Notes: generated by a model from the letters alone, not told the origin. Shown: positions 9,501 through 17,853, counted from the stretch's first letter. The stretch is DNA of 44,071 nt from an uncultured Spirochaetia bacterium (GCA_964418785.1 CAYQNP010000040.1:1-44071); one strand, 5' to 3'. Program-made: numbers and translations.

Positions 9501-10497
9501 GCATTAAACCGAACATCATTGAAGCTCTAACTGTTGAAGGCTTTGCACCGGTAATAAAAGTGAAAACTATCAGCACGGCTATTATTAACATATTCTTCAC
9601 AGGTTTAGGTGCCCTTATAAAAGAAAATATAACCATAAACAATAGAGCTATAAAACCAACATGCAGACCTGATACAGCAAGGACATGAGATATACCTGTT
9701 CTTCTAAACTCTTCCTGAACCTGATAAGACAAACCGTTTCTCAAACCAAGGGTTACACCGCCTAAAAAAGCAGATTCAGGAAATTTCATTGTTTTCTTTA
9801 TAACAAGCAGCAGTTTCTTTTTTAGAGCAATAGAAAATTCCACAATTTTGTTAGCATATTCTTTGCCTATAAGTTTTATATCGCGATCATCTTTAATTGT
9901 AACCACTCCCCATACATTCTGGTGTATATAAAACTTACGCATATCAACAACACCGGGATTGTTTGCCTGATTAAACGGCAATAATGCACCTGTAACCTCA
10001 ATTTTATCCGCGTACCTGTAAGAATAGTAAGACTTTAAACCCGGTTTAAGTTTTACTATAATATTTCCGTTCTTAATCTTAACAAATTTACCAAAAGGAG
10101 GATTAATCTGCAGTTCGTATGGTCTTACGAGAAGATTTATATTTCTCTCCCGAATATCCGGATCAGCTATTATTACACCTCTTACAGTTGTCTTACTCCA
10201 TCGGCTGCTGTCCAGATAATGAGACACATGATAAGGAGAAGATGTATCCATTGCCTTTATGTATAATGTTAAACCTAAAAAGAGAAAAGTCAAACCCGTG
10301 ATCCAATATATGAGCATATTTTTTATATATTTAATTTTTAATAAAATAACCAGTAAATCAATTAATCCGAAAAAAACAGCACCTAATAAATATATTTTTA
10401 TATTCTCAGGATCAGGATTAAAAGTAAAACCTATTCCAAGTCCTATAATGTAAAATACCGCAGCAAAAATTGTTGTCTTTTTAATAATATTTACCAT
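6529..10497 (-). CDS. comEC: DNA internalisation competence protein ComEC/Rec2, unusually long, with two degenerate MBL-like modules
   Basis: 1322 aa. N-terminal TM helices and an OB-like DUF4131 region (TVRGVIIADPDIRERNINLLV..). Competence domain with RRTGISHVLAVSGLHVGF and many TM helices up to about aa 625. Two successive segments then each start like a ComEC MBL domain (VKVTFIDTK..GNAFLLQLPDNKNILVNAGPG at aa ~635; LHIRVIDIGKGEAYLIITPDKKAYLINSG at aa ~1050) and end like one (..KTDTDGAVVFQI; ..RTDYDGNIDIY). Confidence 0.85.
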   Translation of the reverse strand: MVNIIKKTTIFAAVFYIIGLGIGFTFNPDPENIKIYLLGAVFFGLIDLLVILLKIKYIKNMLIYWITGLTFLFLGLTLYIKAMDTSSPYHVSHYLDSSRWSKTTVRGVIIADPDIRERNINLLVRPYELQINPPFGKFVKIKNGNIIVKLKPGLKSYYSYRYADKIEVTGALLPFNQANNPGVVDMRKFYIHQNVWGVVTIKDDRDIKLIGKEYANKIVEFSIALKKKLLLVIKKTMKFPESAFLGGVTLGLRNGLSYQVQEEFRRTGISHVLAVSGLHVGFIALLFMVIFSFIRAPKPVKNMLIIAVLIVFTFITGAKPSTVRASMMFGLMLFMGAFFEGKWQSDLNFSLAVVALIYLVFINPLMIVEAAFVMSYTAVLSISLFATPLTNLLLRHLKGYKFVAFLINFFLLTVFLINKSLFLLLFYNHYFQFLFVVFIIVSFKIGAHLNRKHPDFQFSIGSLGAFFVGFMGMQFAITLGNVFPVSGIYFQKFAVAGIFANWIAIPLIGVIVQLGIIAGLIGLMSLKAALIINAGNYIFSKFFLWMAHFFATVFPYPVVAKPSLGFLIVYYIFVASLVWFDKIVFAVKNLYFRIIMLYERFEYRRSLVLLLFSIAVMFIIGCSYLVESFIPEDRVKVTFIDTKALSKFGDGNAFLLQLPDNKNILVNAGPGYFKFNDVIIGLSVGKTTIAPFLTSSRITKLDAVIIQNLEPAVFTGMVDILKMFKVKSVISAYNLEKLKSVIPDNLKLWTYTDEANYKRYIEELKKNKNMALNGEDRLVIKNYIKQSSISDKKKKELIDNLMSKNVSATVKKEIINILKISRKNLMKHNNTIFPEIVKTLNESAISLKNSEHVIALQALIEIVKLAKERNIKCIQAKQGENFNFNTKANIKVLNSLSENRSHSLRDSSLVLMLKYNNKKVLLSGLITKRVLNKLITNYKSDLRNTDILGVPGYGDAALNPYSFIKLTSPKYAVCHYYYKRGRYFNNDVYLNYHCYGTKFFKTDTDGAVVFQIRDNNIEYKKWITADKKSRIISTKKYIGKKNFKSAAGKLHIRVIDIGKGEAYLIITPDKKAYLINSGRYGNERTASDAGRGIIVPLLKKFNISNLDGVFLENMLEENSGGIIYVLNKIKVKKIYYPPFKGGSEFQSKIFYAVQNSGAESRILRAGDRIQLSDNIYIKVLNPDYYYSGTANDAKNSSLVLKLFYDKFNMLFTGNITGVDYDDEEPSPKSAEYYLIHKQKKYIHSVFMTVPDSGSRYSGTEKFLKQVNPEYAILSVEKYNRKLPADDVVSRIQALNVRFYRTDYDGNIDIYTDGKYVKVDTEY

Positions 10498-10499
10498 AC

Positions 10500-11003
10500 T
10501 TATTCTACAGTTATGTTATCCTTTATGTTATTATACATTTTTTCAGTAAATCCCGGAACTTTAAGTATATCAGATTTAGATTTAAAACCTTTTTTTATTT
10601 TTCTAAACAGAATAATTTTTTTTGCTGTTGCAGAAGAAATCCCCGGAAGTTTCTGTAATTCCTTTTCATCCGCTGTATTAATATTTATTGTTCCTGAAAA
10701 TTTTCTGACAGGTGCTGTTTTCTTTTTATATCTCTTTTTTTTATACGAATAAGTCGTCTTATACTTTTTTTTATATTTCTTATATTTAGACGAATATTTA
10801 CTGCTATATTTAGGTTTAGTCGGCAGGCTGTATTTTGCAGCATACTTTTCTATTTCCTTATCTTTAATACCCGGATAATAATACGAATTAGATGCTATTA
10901 TATACGGAATTCTGTAAGTTTTATCAAATATTAATACAAAGGCACCTGTAATAATAGATACAATTAGGACTATAACTAATGCTTTACCGGCTTCTTCTTC
11001 CAT
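10500..11003 (-). CDS. comEA: ComEA-type helix-hairpin-helix DNA receptor
   Basis: 167 aa. N-terminal TM anchor, then a Lys/Tyr/Ser low-complexity linker. The C-terminus ININTADEKELQKLPGISSATAKKIILFR...ILKVPGFTEKMY is a tandem HhH motif as in ComEA. It lies immediately upstream of comEC (2-nt gap). Confidence 0.8.
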   Translation of the reverse strand: MEEEAGKALVIVLIVSIITGAFVLIFDKTYRIPYIIASNSYYYPGIKDKEIEKYAAKYSLPTKPKYSSKYSSKYKKYKKKYKTTYSYKKKRYKKKTAPVRKFSGTININTADEKELQKLPGISSATAKKIILFRKIKKGFKSKSDILKVPGFTEKMYNNIKDNITVE

Positions 11004-11010
11004 AATAAGA

Positions 11011-11038
11011 ATGATAATAAAAAAAAATTATAAGTCAA
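11011..11038 (-). promoter_or_regulatory. sigma70-type promoter with leaderless geometry (comEA-comEC operon)
   Basis: Minus strand: TTGACT (11038-11033), 16-nt spacer containing T9, TATCAT (11016-11011), 7 nt, then ATG (11003). There is no SD in the 42-nt gap after the MFS gene. Confidence 0.45.
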
Positions 11039-11045
11039 CCTATTT

Positions 11046-12278
11046 TTATTCCAGGCCGCGGTGCTGAAGCAGGAGAAAATTATTTTTATAAAGCAGAAAC
11101 ATTAAAACAGCAGAGATTTGTATTAACCCGAAAGATAAGAGAAAAATATATTTAAAATCTATTATATTCTTAAGATAAATAGCAAAGAAAGGAGCAATAG
11201 CACCGCGAATACCGAGCAGGAAGAAATCAATTGCCCAATATTTTTCAATCATATTCTCAGGTACGATTCTTGTAAACAGGTTTATTCTTGCCAGTTCACC
11301 GCCGGAAGTGGAAATACCCTGAAAAAAATAAGCAAGGCCTATTAAGCCGAATAATATGACAGTATCTGTTTTCACCCATGACGAAACAAAAAAACAGAGA
11401 TGCATAAAAGAGAGTAATATCATTACGAACAACCTTGTTTTCAAAGGATTTTTTTTATCAATGTGATGCCCCCAAAAATAATACCCGAGAATCATCGCAG
11501 CAGAATTAACGCTAAAAAAAGATCCTGCAGACAAATTAGACATTTTCAGAACATCGATAAAATATAGCGGAATTAAAGTTGTTCCGAGAATATTACTGAA
11601 CCCGAGCAGAAAAAAAATCGCAAAATATTTAGATATAAATTTATCTTCTCTTAATATTTTTAATATATCCGCAAGTATGAATTTTCTTTTTTCTACAGGC
11701 TTACTGTCAACAGTTCTTTTTATGCTGTAAAAAATAATTTGCGCAACTATACCGAAAATTATACCAATAGTGAACAAAATTCTATAATCAAGAATATCGA
11801 ATAATTTACCTGCAATAACAAAAAGTATTATAGACATAATAGTAACTTCCATTCTAACCATTCCCATAGCACGGCCTCGATGCTGAACAGGATAAATATC
11901 TTTCATTATACCGGTATAAGTAGGGGAAGTGCCTTTTTCCATTATATGTGACAGAAAATAAAAAGCAATAAAAAGGATATAATTATTAAGCAATATAGGA
12001 ATAATAAGAATTAATCTGCTTATACCTTTTGTAATGGTAATGAATTTAAATTTTTCCATTTTAAATCCGAGATTAAGCCAGAAAAATATAAAGAGTGCAC
12101 CTGCTACAGGAGCTGCCATTAAAACTCCCATCCAGAAATCATCTGCTCCAAGCCTTCGCATTATTATAGGAGTAAACATAATAACAAAAGTATTATAAAC
12201 AGCGAAAGATACCCCGGCTAAGGATTCGTATTTATATGTCCGTCTTATTGACTGATTTATAAATTTGTTGAACAGCAT
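11046..12278 (-). CDS. MFS-type transporter
   Basis: 410 aa with about 12 hydrophobic segments and two-halves symmetry. The loop motif HRGRAMGM after TM2/3 is MFS-like. Confidence 0.7.
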   Translation of the reverse strand: MLFNKFINQSIRRTYKYESLAGVSFAVYNTFVIMFTPIIMRRLGADDFWMGVLMAAPVAGALFIFFWLNLGFKMEKFKFITITKGISRLILIIPILLNNYILFIAFYFLSHIMEKGTSPTYTGIMKDIYPVQHRGRAMGMVRMEVTIMSIILFVIAGKLFDILDYRILFTIGIIFGIVAQIIFYSIKRTVDSKPVEKRKFILADILKILREDKFISKYFAIFFLLGFSNILGTTLIPLYFIDVLKMSNLSAGSFFSVNSAAMILGYYFWGHHIDKKNPLKTRLFVMILLSFMHLCFFVSSWVKTDTVILFGLIGLAYFFQGISTSGGELARINLFTRIVPENMIEKYWAIDFFLLGIRGAIAPFFAIYLKNIIDFKYIFLLSFGLIQISAVLMFLLYKNNFLLLQHRGLE

Positions 12279-12282
12279 AGGC

Positions 12283-13614
12283 TTATACTACTTTATTCTC
12301 TTTATATATTGAATAATCAAATAAAGATACTGAATTGCTTTTTGCAAATCTGTGAGCTTCTTCAGAAAAATACGGTGCAATTATTATTAAAAATTTAGAA
12401 CGATACTTATTTAATAAAATAAGTTTTTCATTTATATATTTTCTATCTATAGGAGCAGTCTGTCTTGTAATATATATTAAATATGAAAAAAAATTATGCA
12501 AATCTTTTTCAAGAGAACAGATATAAGCTATATTTTTATCGTCTTCATAGATAGTCTCTTTAACAATATAATGAAGTTTATCAAGTAATTTTAAATTCAC
12601 ATCAAAGAATACGCTTCTTGGAGCTGTAATTATATTTTTTATTTTATCGTCTACTGCTATATGTTTATAAAAAAATAATTTTTCTTTTGCAGGTTTATAG
12701 GAAGAAAAATTTTTAACGATATTTTCCCAGACTTTGACAGCTTCGTTTATATACCCGCTGCTTTCATAAGCACATCCCAATATAAAATGTGTATCAGCAG
12801 ACACTGTAATTTTCTTGTTATCAACGATTCTTTTCAGCACAGAAATAGCAGTGTTATAATTTTTTAAATAATAAAAACACTCCCCAAGCATTTTTTCTAT
12901 CTCAACAGAATTTAAATACTCTTCAGGAAGTTTATTTAAATATTCAACTGCAAGTTTAAATTTTCTGGTAATAAAATATATTTTTCCGAGCAGCAGATTA
13001 ATTTCTGCTGTTTCAAAACCTTTAGAAACAGCCTTTTTTAATTTTAATTCAGCAGATTTAATATTTCCCTTATTAAAATCTATCAAGCCTGCATAATAAT
13101 AAAATTCTCCTTTTTCACCGTATAATTGTATTGCAGTATTTAACAGGTCTGCTGCTTCTGTATTGTTATTGTACTCTATGTTTAATTTAACAGCGTGTAT
13201 AAGAGCATCCAGTGTCAACTGATTATGCTCTTTTAAAATATAATATTGCGTGAGAGCTTTATTTATTTCACCAAGTGCTCTGTAAATATATGCAAGAGTT
13301 TCTCTTACTTTCTTCTCATTTATTTCAGCAGTAAAACTGTTATTTGCAATTATTTCAAAAAGATACATTTGCGCCAGAATATACTGATGCTTTTTTATGT
13401 AAATATTTGCCATTAACCAGTTTGCCTCAGGATTCCCCCTGTCAATTGCTAAAATAGAAGTAAGAAGTTTTATGGCTTTCCCTTCCTTAACCTCAACTAT
13501 TCTTTTGGCTTTCAAAAGTTTTCCGGGTATCATAAGAAGCCCTATCATATATCTTGTGTACAAAATAAATACTACTGTAAGTATTATAAAACCGATAAAA
13601 ATAATATAACTCAT
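12283..13614 (-). CDS. membrane-anchored TPR-repeat protein with an uncharacterised C-terminal alpha/beta domain
   Basis: 443 aa. N-terminal TM helix, then several TPR-like repeats (..ANWLMANIYIKKHQYILAQMYLFEII.., ..YYAGLIDFNKGNIKSAELKLKKAV.., ..ILGCAYESSGYINEAVKVWENIV..). The last ~110 aa (..YICSLEKDL..YITRQTAPIDRKYINE..FLIIIAPYFSEEAHRFAKSNSVSLFDY) weakly recall an Mrr-type nuclease fold, but no catalytic motif is visible. Confidence 0.65.
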   Translation of the reverse strand: MSYIIFIGFIILTVVFILYTRYMIGLLMIPGKLLKAKRIVEVKEGKAIKLLTSILAIDRGNPEANWLMANIYIKKHQYILAQMYLFEIIANNSFTAEINEKKVRETLAYIYRALGEINKALTQYYILKEHNQLTLDALIHAVKLNIEYNNNTEAADLLNTAIQLYGEKGEFYYYAGLIDFNKGNIKSAELKLKKAVSKGFETAEINLLLGKIYFITRKFKLAVEYLNKLPEEYLNSVEIEKMLGECFYYLKNYNTAISVLKRIVDNKKITVSADTHFILGCAYESSGYINEAVKVWENIVKNFSSYKPAKEKLFFYKHIAVDDKIKNIITAPRSVFFDVNLKLLDKLHYIVKETIYEDDKNIAYICSLEKDLHNFFSYLIYITRQTAPIDRKYINEKLILLNKYRSKFLIIIAPYFSEEAHRFAKSNSVSLFDYSIYKENKVV

Positions 13615-14567
13615 TTTAGTCTATCAACAATTAAGAAATTTCGTTTTAACAATTTTAACTTTTGTACTGCTGAATACAGGATATTTCCTATTTCCTGATT
13701 TAATTCAACATCATTAAATTTCTCAAATAATTTTCCGCTAATACCTAAAATCTTTATCTGAAAAGTTAAATTCTTATTATAAATCATAAAATTATGAGAC
13801 AATAATATTTTATGAAATCTTTTAACAGCATATTCAAATTCAAGTTTATCCTTATACTGTATAACCTTAAAATAAACATTTTTATCTTTATTTCTGCCTA
13901 TAGGCTCATATTCTCTTGAGTTTTGATATAACAGAAACATTATCTGCTTTCGTATAAATTTTTCTTCCTGTATATTCAATTGTTCAGTAATATTATAATG
14001 AAACAATATAACTCCTGTTTTAACTCCAAGCCGTCTGGACTGCTTTACTGATAAAATCAGTTCTCGTTTAAATTCTTTTTCTTCAAGAATATCGTAAATT
14101 TTATTTTCATAATTAACTTCACTCCCTGTATAAATATTTAAAAAAACAACTCTGTAAATCAGTCTCAAAAGTTTATAACCGGAATAAATCACTCCGCTGC
14201 ACAATAATACAGAATCAAGCAGGAAAATAAAAAATACACTTTTTTTAACATAAATTATTTTAAATACAAACATTAAAATAAATACTATAAAAAGTAAAGA
14301 ATAAAAAATAAAATTTAATATCTGTACCTTTACAGATATCTTTTCAGATTTAAACTCATCTGCATTTTTTATAAGAATTAGAATAAAAATTATAGAGGAA
14401 ATAAAAAAAATACTCAATATATGCAGGCTATTTTCAGTTGAAACTGAAATTCTGTAATTAATATCTATTATTTTCAGACTTATACCTGTTAAAAAAAACA
14501 GATAAACAGTATTTATAACACCCGCCAGTGCACTTTTAAAGTAAAGACTATTATAAATTTTTTTCAT
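13611..14567 (-). CDS. multi-pass membrane protein with a possibly degenerate GGDEF-like cytoplasmic domain
   Basis: 318 aa with about 5 TM helices. The C-terminal ~170 aa follow the spacing of a GGDEF fold (..RRLGVKTGVILFHYN.., ..EPIGRNKDKNVYFKVI.. where RxGGDEF would be, ..LTFQIKILGIS.., ..AVQKLKLLKRNF), but the GG(D/E)EF and metal-binding residues are absent. A 4-nt ATGA overlap joins it to the next gene. Confidence 0.4.
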   Translation of the reverse strand: MKKIYNSLYFKSALAGVINTVYLFFLTGISLKIIDINYRISVSTENSLHILSIFFISSIIFILILIKNADEFKSEKISVKVQILNFIFYSLLFIVFILMFVFKIIYVKKSVFFIFLLDSVLLCSGVIYSGYKLLRLIYRVVFLNIYTGSEVNYENKIYDILEEKEFKRELILSVKQSRRLGVKTGVILFHYNITEQLNIQEEKFIRKQIMFLLYQNSREYEPIGRNKDKNVYFKVIQYKDKLEFEYAVKRFHKILLSHNFMIYNKNLTFQIKILGISGKLFEKFNDVELNQEIGNILYSAVQKLKLLKRNFLIVDRLK

Positions 14568-14573
14568 TTTAAA

Positions 14574-14867
14574 TTATTTTTTTAATATCTTATCAATGTC
14601 ATCCAATAATTCCATTACACCGGGACGAATAATTGTATAACAAATTGTTTTGCCTTCTCTTTTCTTTTTTAAAATACCGGAATTTCGAAGTATGTTTAAA
14701 TGCTGCGATATATTCGGCTGCCGAATTTTTAATATCTTACTTATATCATTAACACAAACTTTTTCTTTGCCTATAATCTGTAAAATTTTTAATCTAATTG
14801 GATTCGCAAGTGCATGAATAAATTCTGCTTTTTCCTCAAGATAATCTTCATCAAATTTTACTTCCAT
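14574..14867 (-). CDS. ArsR/SmtB-family transcriptional regulator
   Basis: 97 aa. LANPIRLKILQII..EKVCVNDISKILKIRQPNISQHLNILRNSGIL is the ArsR winged-HTH signature. A GAGGTG SD lies at 14875-14880. Confidence 0.85.
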   Translation of the reverse strand: MEVKFDEDYLEEKAEFIHALANPIRLKILQIIGKEKVCVNDISKILKIRQPNISQHLNILRNSGILKKKREGKTICYTIIRPGVMELLDDIDKILKK

Positions 14868-14905
14868 AACATTACACCTCGATAAATTAATTTTTTATAT
14901 ATCTA

Positions 14906-14934
14906 TATATAAATACAGAAAATTTATTTGTCAA
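14906..14934 (-). promoter_or_regulatory. sigma70-type promoter of the arsR operon
   Basis: Minus strand: TTGACA (14934-14929), 17-nt spacer, TATATA (14911-14906), then a ~30-nt leader with a GAGGTG SD. An AT palindrome TATATAT-AG-ATATATA overlaps the -10 region. Confidence 0.45.
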
Positions 14935-14988
14935 TATATTTTTTTATAATATATTTATAACAAATAATATAATAACATCAAATTCCTC

Positions 14989-15016
14989 TTGACATTAAAT
15001 TTCTATTTAATACCAT
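14989..15016 (+). promoter_or_regulatory. possible divergent promoter for the PAP2/DUF2723 genes
   Basis: TTGACA (14989-14994), 16-nt spacer, TACCAT (15011-15016). A GGAG sequence lies at 15031-15034, before ATG 15042. Confidence 0.3.
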
Positions 15017-15041
15017 ATAACAAATTTGTCGGAGTCTGTTT

Positions 15042-15908
15042 ATGAATAAAAGATATTATCTGGTTGACTACATACACTTTATATATTTCTTTATAGTATC
15101 CCTGATTATAATTATATTCCGGCAAAAAATAGAAAAATTTTATCTTTATATAATTTTCTTTACTATTTATTCATTATATATAATCGAAATAAGCAAATTA
15201 TATAAGCAGCATCCGAATAACATATTAATCAAATTTTTAAGATTAATGTATCCTATACTGTTTTTTACCTTTGTGTATAAAATAATTTCCGGGTATGTAA
15301 CTGTGTTTTATGATAGATTTCTTGACGAATATGTACTGCAATTACAAAATACAATATTCGGCGGGCAGCCGGTATTAATGCTTGAAAAAATTGTATCTCC
15401 TTATTTTACAGAATATATGAAATTCTCTTATTTTACATATTATCTGTATTTGCCGACAATAGGATTTCTGCTGTTTTTTAAAAAAAGATACAAAGATTTA
15501 ATCGAATTTGTAACTATAATCTCTTTTGTATTTTATATATGTTATATAGGATTTGTAATATTTCCTGTAGAAGGTCCCAGATTTACACTAATAGAATTTT
15601 TTAAGATAAAATATCTAAAAGGATTTTTCTTCACAAATCTGCAAAACATTATAATGAAACACGGAGCAGTAACAGGAGCATGCGTTCCGTCATCCCATAT
15701 TGCAGTAGCATGGACTGCATTATATTTTATTAAAAAGTTTTTCGGCTCAAAAACTTTCTACATAATACTGCCGTTTACAATATCATTGTCGCTTGCAGTA
15801 GTCTATAACAGATATCATTATACTTTTGATGTAATTTTAGGCTGGATTTTTGCTTATATAGGTATAAAACTGGGATATATGTTATTAAGAAAATATGAGA
15901 CCGGATAA
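15042..15908 (+). CDS. PAP2-superfamily membrane phosphatase/phosphotransferase (PAP2_3 / Aur1-like type)
   Basis: 288 aa, polytopic. Motifs VPSSHIAVAW and NRYHYTFDVILGW correspond to the PSxH and HYxxDVxxG boxes of the PAP2 family. Confidence 0.7.
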   Translation: MNKRYYLVDYIHFIYFFIVSLIIIIFRQKIEKFYLYIIFFTIYSLYIIEISKLYKQHPNNILIKFLRLMYPILFFTFVYKIISGYVTVFYDRFLDEYVLQLQNTIFGGQPVLMLEKIVSPYFTEYMKFSYFTYYLYLPTIGFLLFFKKRYKDLIEFVTIISFVFYICYIGFVIFPVEGPRFTLIEFFKIKYLKGFFFTNLQNIIMKHGAVTGACVPSSHIAVAWTALYFIKKFFGSKTFYIILPFTISLSLAVVYNRYHYTFDVILGWIFAYIGIKLGYMLLRKYETG

Positions 15909-17853
15909 AAAGCATTTTTTTTATTTTCTTGTAATTATCAGTCTTGTATTTTATCTGTTGAATATATATCCAACAATAACAAATGGAGATGCAGGAGAAT
16001 TTCTCTCAGAAGCCAATGTATTGGGAATTGCGCATCCGCCGGGATATCCTGTTTATATAATATTATTAAAATTATTTATGTCTTTACTTCCATTTACACC
16101 GGCTTTAAGCGGCAATATTCTATCCGCACTATTTGCTTCACTGACAATCGGCTTTTTATATCTGAACCTCTACTATTTTTCTCTTTTATTTTTACCCGGA
16201 CTAAAACAGAAAAAAAACAGCGCAGTTATTACAGCGTTACTGCTTTCTATTACACCTGTATTTTTCTCTCAAGCAATTATAACAGAAGTATATACACTGA
16301 ATGCTTTCTTCCTTCTATTAATAAATTTTATTTTCTTAAAGTATATAAAAACTCTTAATTCAAAATATCTGTCTCTTTTTTTCTTTATTTACGGAATAAG
16401 TCTAACAAATCACATTACCCCCATTATATTTCTTCCTTTGTATATATTAATCCTGTTGAAAAGGAAAGAGAAGATAAAACCGGGATATATTATATACTTT
16501 TTATCAGGCATATCATTATATTTTTTTCTTATAATTCGAGCTCACGCTTCAGAAATAAACTGGGCTCAGCCTGATTCCTCATTAAAATTATTCAACCATA
16601 TAACGCGCGCAGAATATAAAAATATGAATCTTGTCCCGAATAGAAATTTTTTATATTTTTTAAAACAGATATTACATTACTTTATATTATTATTTAAACA
16701 ATTTTACCTGTTTTTAATTCCTGCTGTTTCAGGCTTTATATATTTACAGAAAATTAATAAAAAAATCAATATTTTATTATTACTGTTTTATGTTATGTCA
16801 TCTTTATTTTTTATATATTATCTTAACACCCGTCTCGATGCACATATAATTTATACTGCACGAGTATTTTATATACCGTCATTTATTATTATGATTTTCT
16901 GGATTTTTACCGGATTATTATATATTTTTAACAGATTAAAATTTTCTTTGTATATTACAATAAACTTAATTATTACACAAACATTAGTTACGAATTCATC
17001 GCAAAATAAAAATTACACAGCATTTGATTTTAGCAATAATATTTTAAAGACAGTAACCTATAAAAGTGCATTATTTACAGTTGAAGGTGATAATCCTTTA
17101 TTTGCGCTTGCTTATTTAAATACAGTTGAATATAAACGCCCGGATATTGATTACTGCAACAGATACGGAAAATTATTTAAATCTTCCGCAGCATACTTTA
17201 AAACATTAACATCTATATCAAACAAAGATTTATTTTTCACTTCACCCGAAAAACTGGAGCCACAACTTATGCAGTATATGAAACAGACAGGAATTATATA
17301 CAAATTAGCATTTAAGCCTATTGATAATATTTTTACCTACTATTATCAATTAAACACAGGTGATAATCCAACTGATTATATGGATAAAGGGCTTGCAGCA
17401 ATCTATTATTTTCGACTCGCTTATCATTATAAAATAAATCTAAAAGAGAATAAAATTTTTTTTACTCTTATAAAAAAAGCTGAAATATTCGGGAACGAAT
17501 TAGAAGATATAATGAAAAATATAGGTGATATATATTTTAAAGAAAAAAGATTTAATGAAGCACAAAAATGTTATGAAAACATTATAAAGATAAATCCGTA
17601 TAATTCAAAAGCATACTTTTATATAGGTTTATGTGAAATGAATAAGAACAACTATTATGTTGCCTCTTCTTATTTTAAAAAAGCATATAAAAACAAATTA
17701 AGAACATTGAATTTTCTGAAAGTTTATTCATATACTCTATTTAAATTAAACAATGTATATGAAGCCTTAAAATATTTAAATGAGGCAGAAGAACTCTATC
17801 CTAATGATAACACCATAAAAAGTATGATAAGGAGGTATTCAGAAGATGAGTAA
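15895..17853 (+). CDS. DUF2723 (TMEM260-like) GT-C-fold glycosyltransferase with C-terminal TPR repeats
   Basis: 652 aa. The N-terminal signature GDAGEFLSEANVLGIAHPPGYPVY, followed by ~10 TM helices, is the DUF2723 hallmark. The C-terminus has TPR-like repeats (..IGDIYFKEKRFNEAQKCYENIIKINPYNSKAYFYIG..). It overlaps the PAP2 gene by 14 nt. Confidence 0.8.
   Translation: MRPDKKHFFYFLVIISLVFYLLNIYPTITNGDAGEFLSEANVLGIAHPPGYPVYIILLKLFMSLLPFTPALSGNILSALFASLTIGFLYLNLYYFSLLFLPGLKQKKNSAVITALLLSITPVFFSQAIITEVYTLNAFFLLLINFIFLKYIKTLNSKYLSLFFFIYGISLTNHITPIIFLPLYILILLKRKEKIKPGYIIYFLSGISLYFFLIIRAHASEINWAQPDSSLKLFNHITRAEYKNMNLVPNRNFLYFLKQILHYFILLFKQFYLFLIPAVSGFIYLQKINKKINILLLLFYVMSSLFFIYYLNTRLDAHIIYTARVFYIPSFIIMIFWIFTGLLYIFNRLKFSLYITINLIITQTLVTNSSQNKNYTAFDFSNNILKTVTYKSALFTVEGDNPLFALAYLNTVEYKRPDIDYCNRYGKLFKSSAAYFKTLTSISNKDLFFTSPEKLEPQLMQYMKQTGIIYKLAFKPIDNIFTYYYQLNTGDNPTDYMDKGLAAIYYFRLAYHYKINLKENKIFFTLIKKAEIFGNELEDIMKNIGDIYFKEKRFNEAQKCYENIIKINPYNSKAYFYIGLCEMNKNNYYVASSYFKKAYKNKLRTLNFLKVYSYTLFKLNNVYEALKYLNEAEELYPNDNTIKSMIRRYSEDE

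Noticed and set aside
7841-10752. Track ORFs 7841..8152, 10119..10301, 10259..10453 and 10513..10752 (+)
   Set aside because: They are antisense shadows of comEC and comEA with no family resemblance. Long antisense ORFs of this kind are expected in AT-rich coding DNA.
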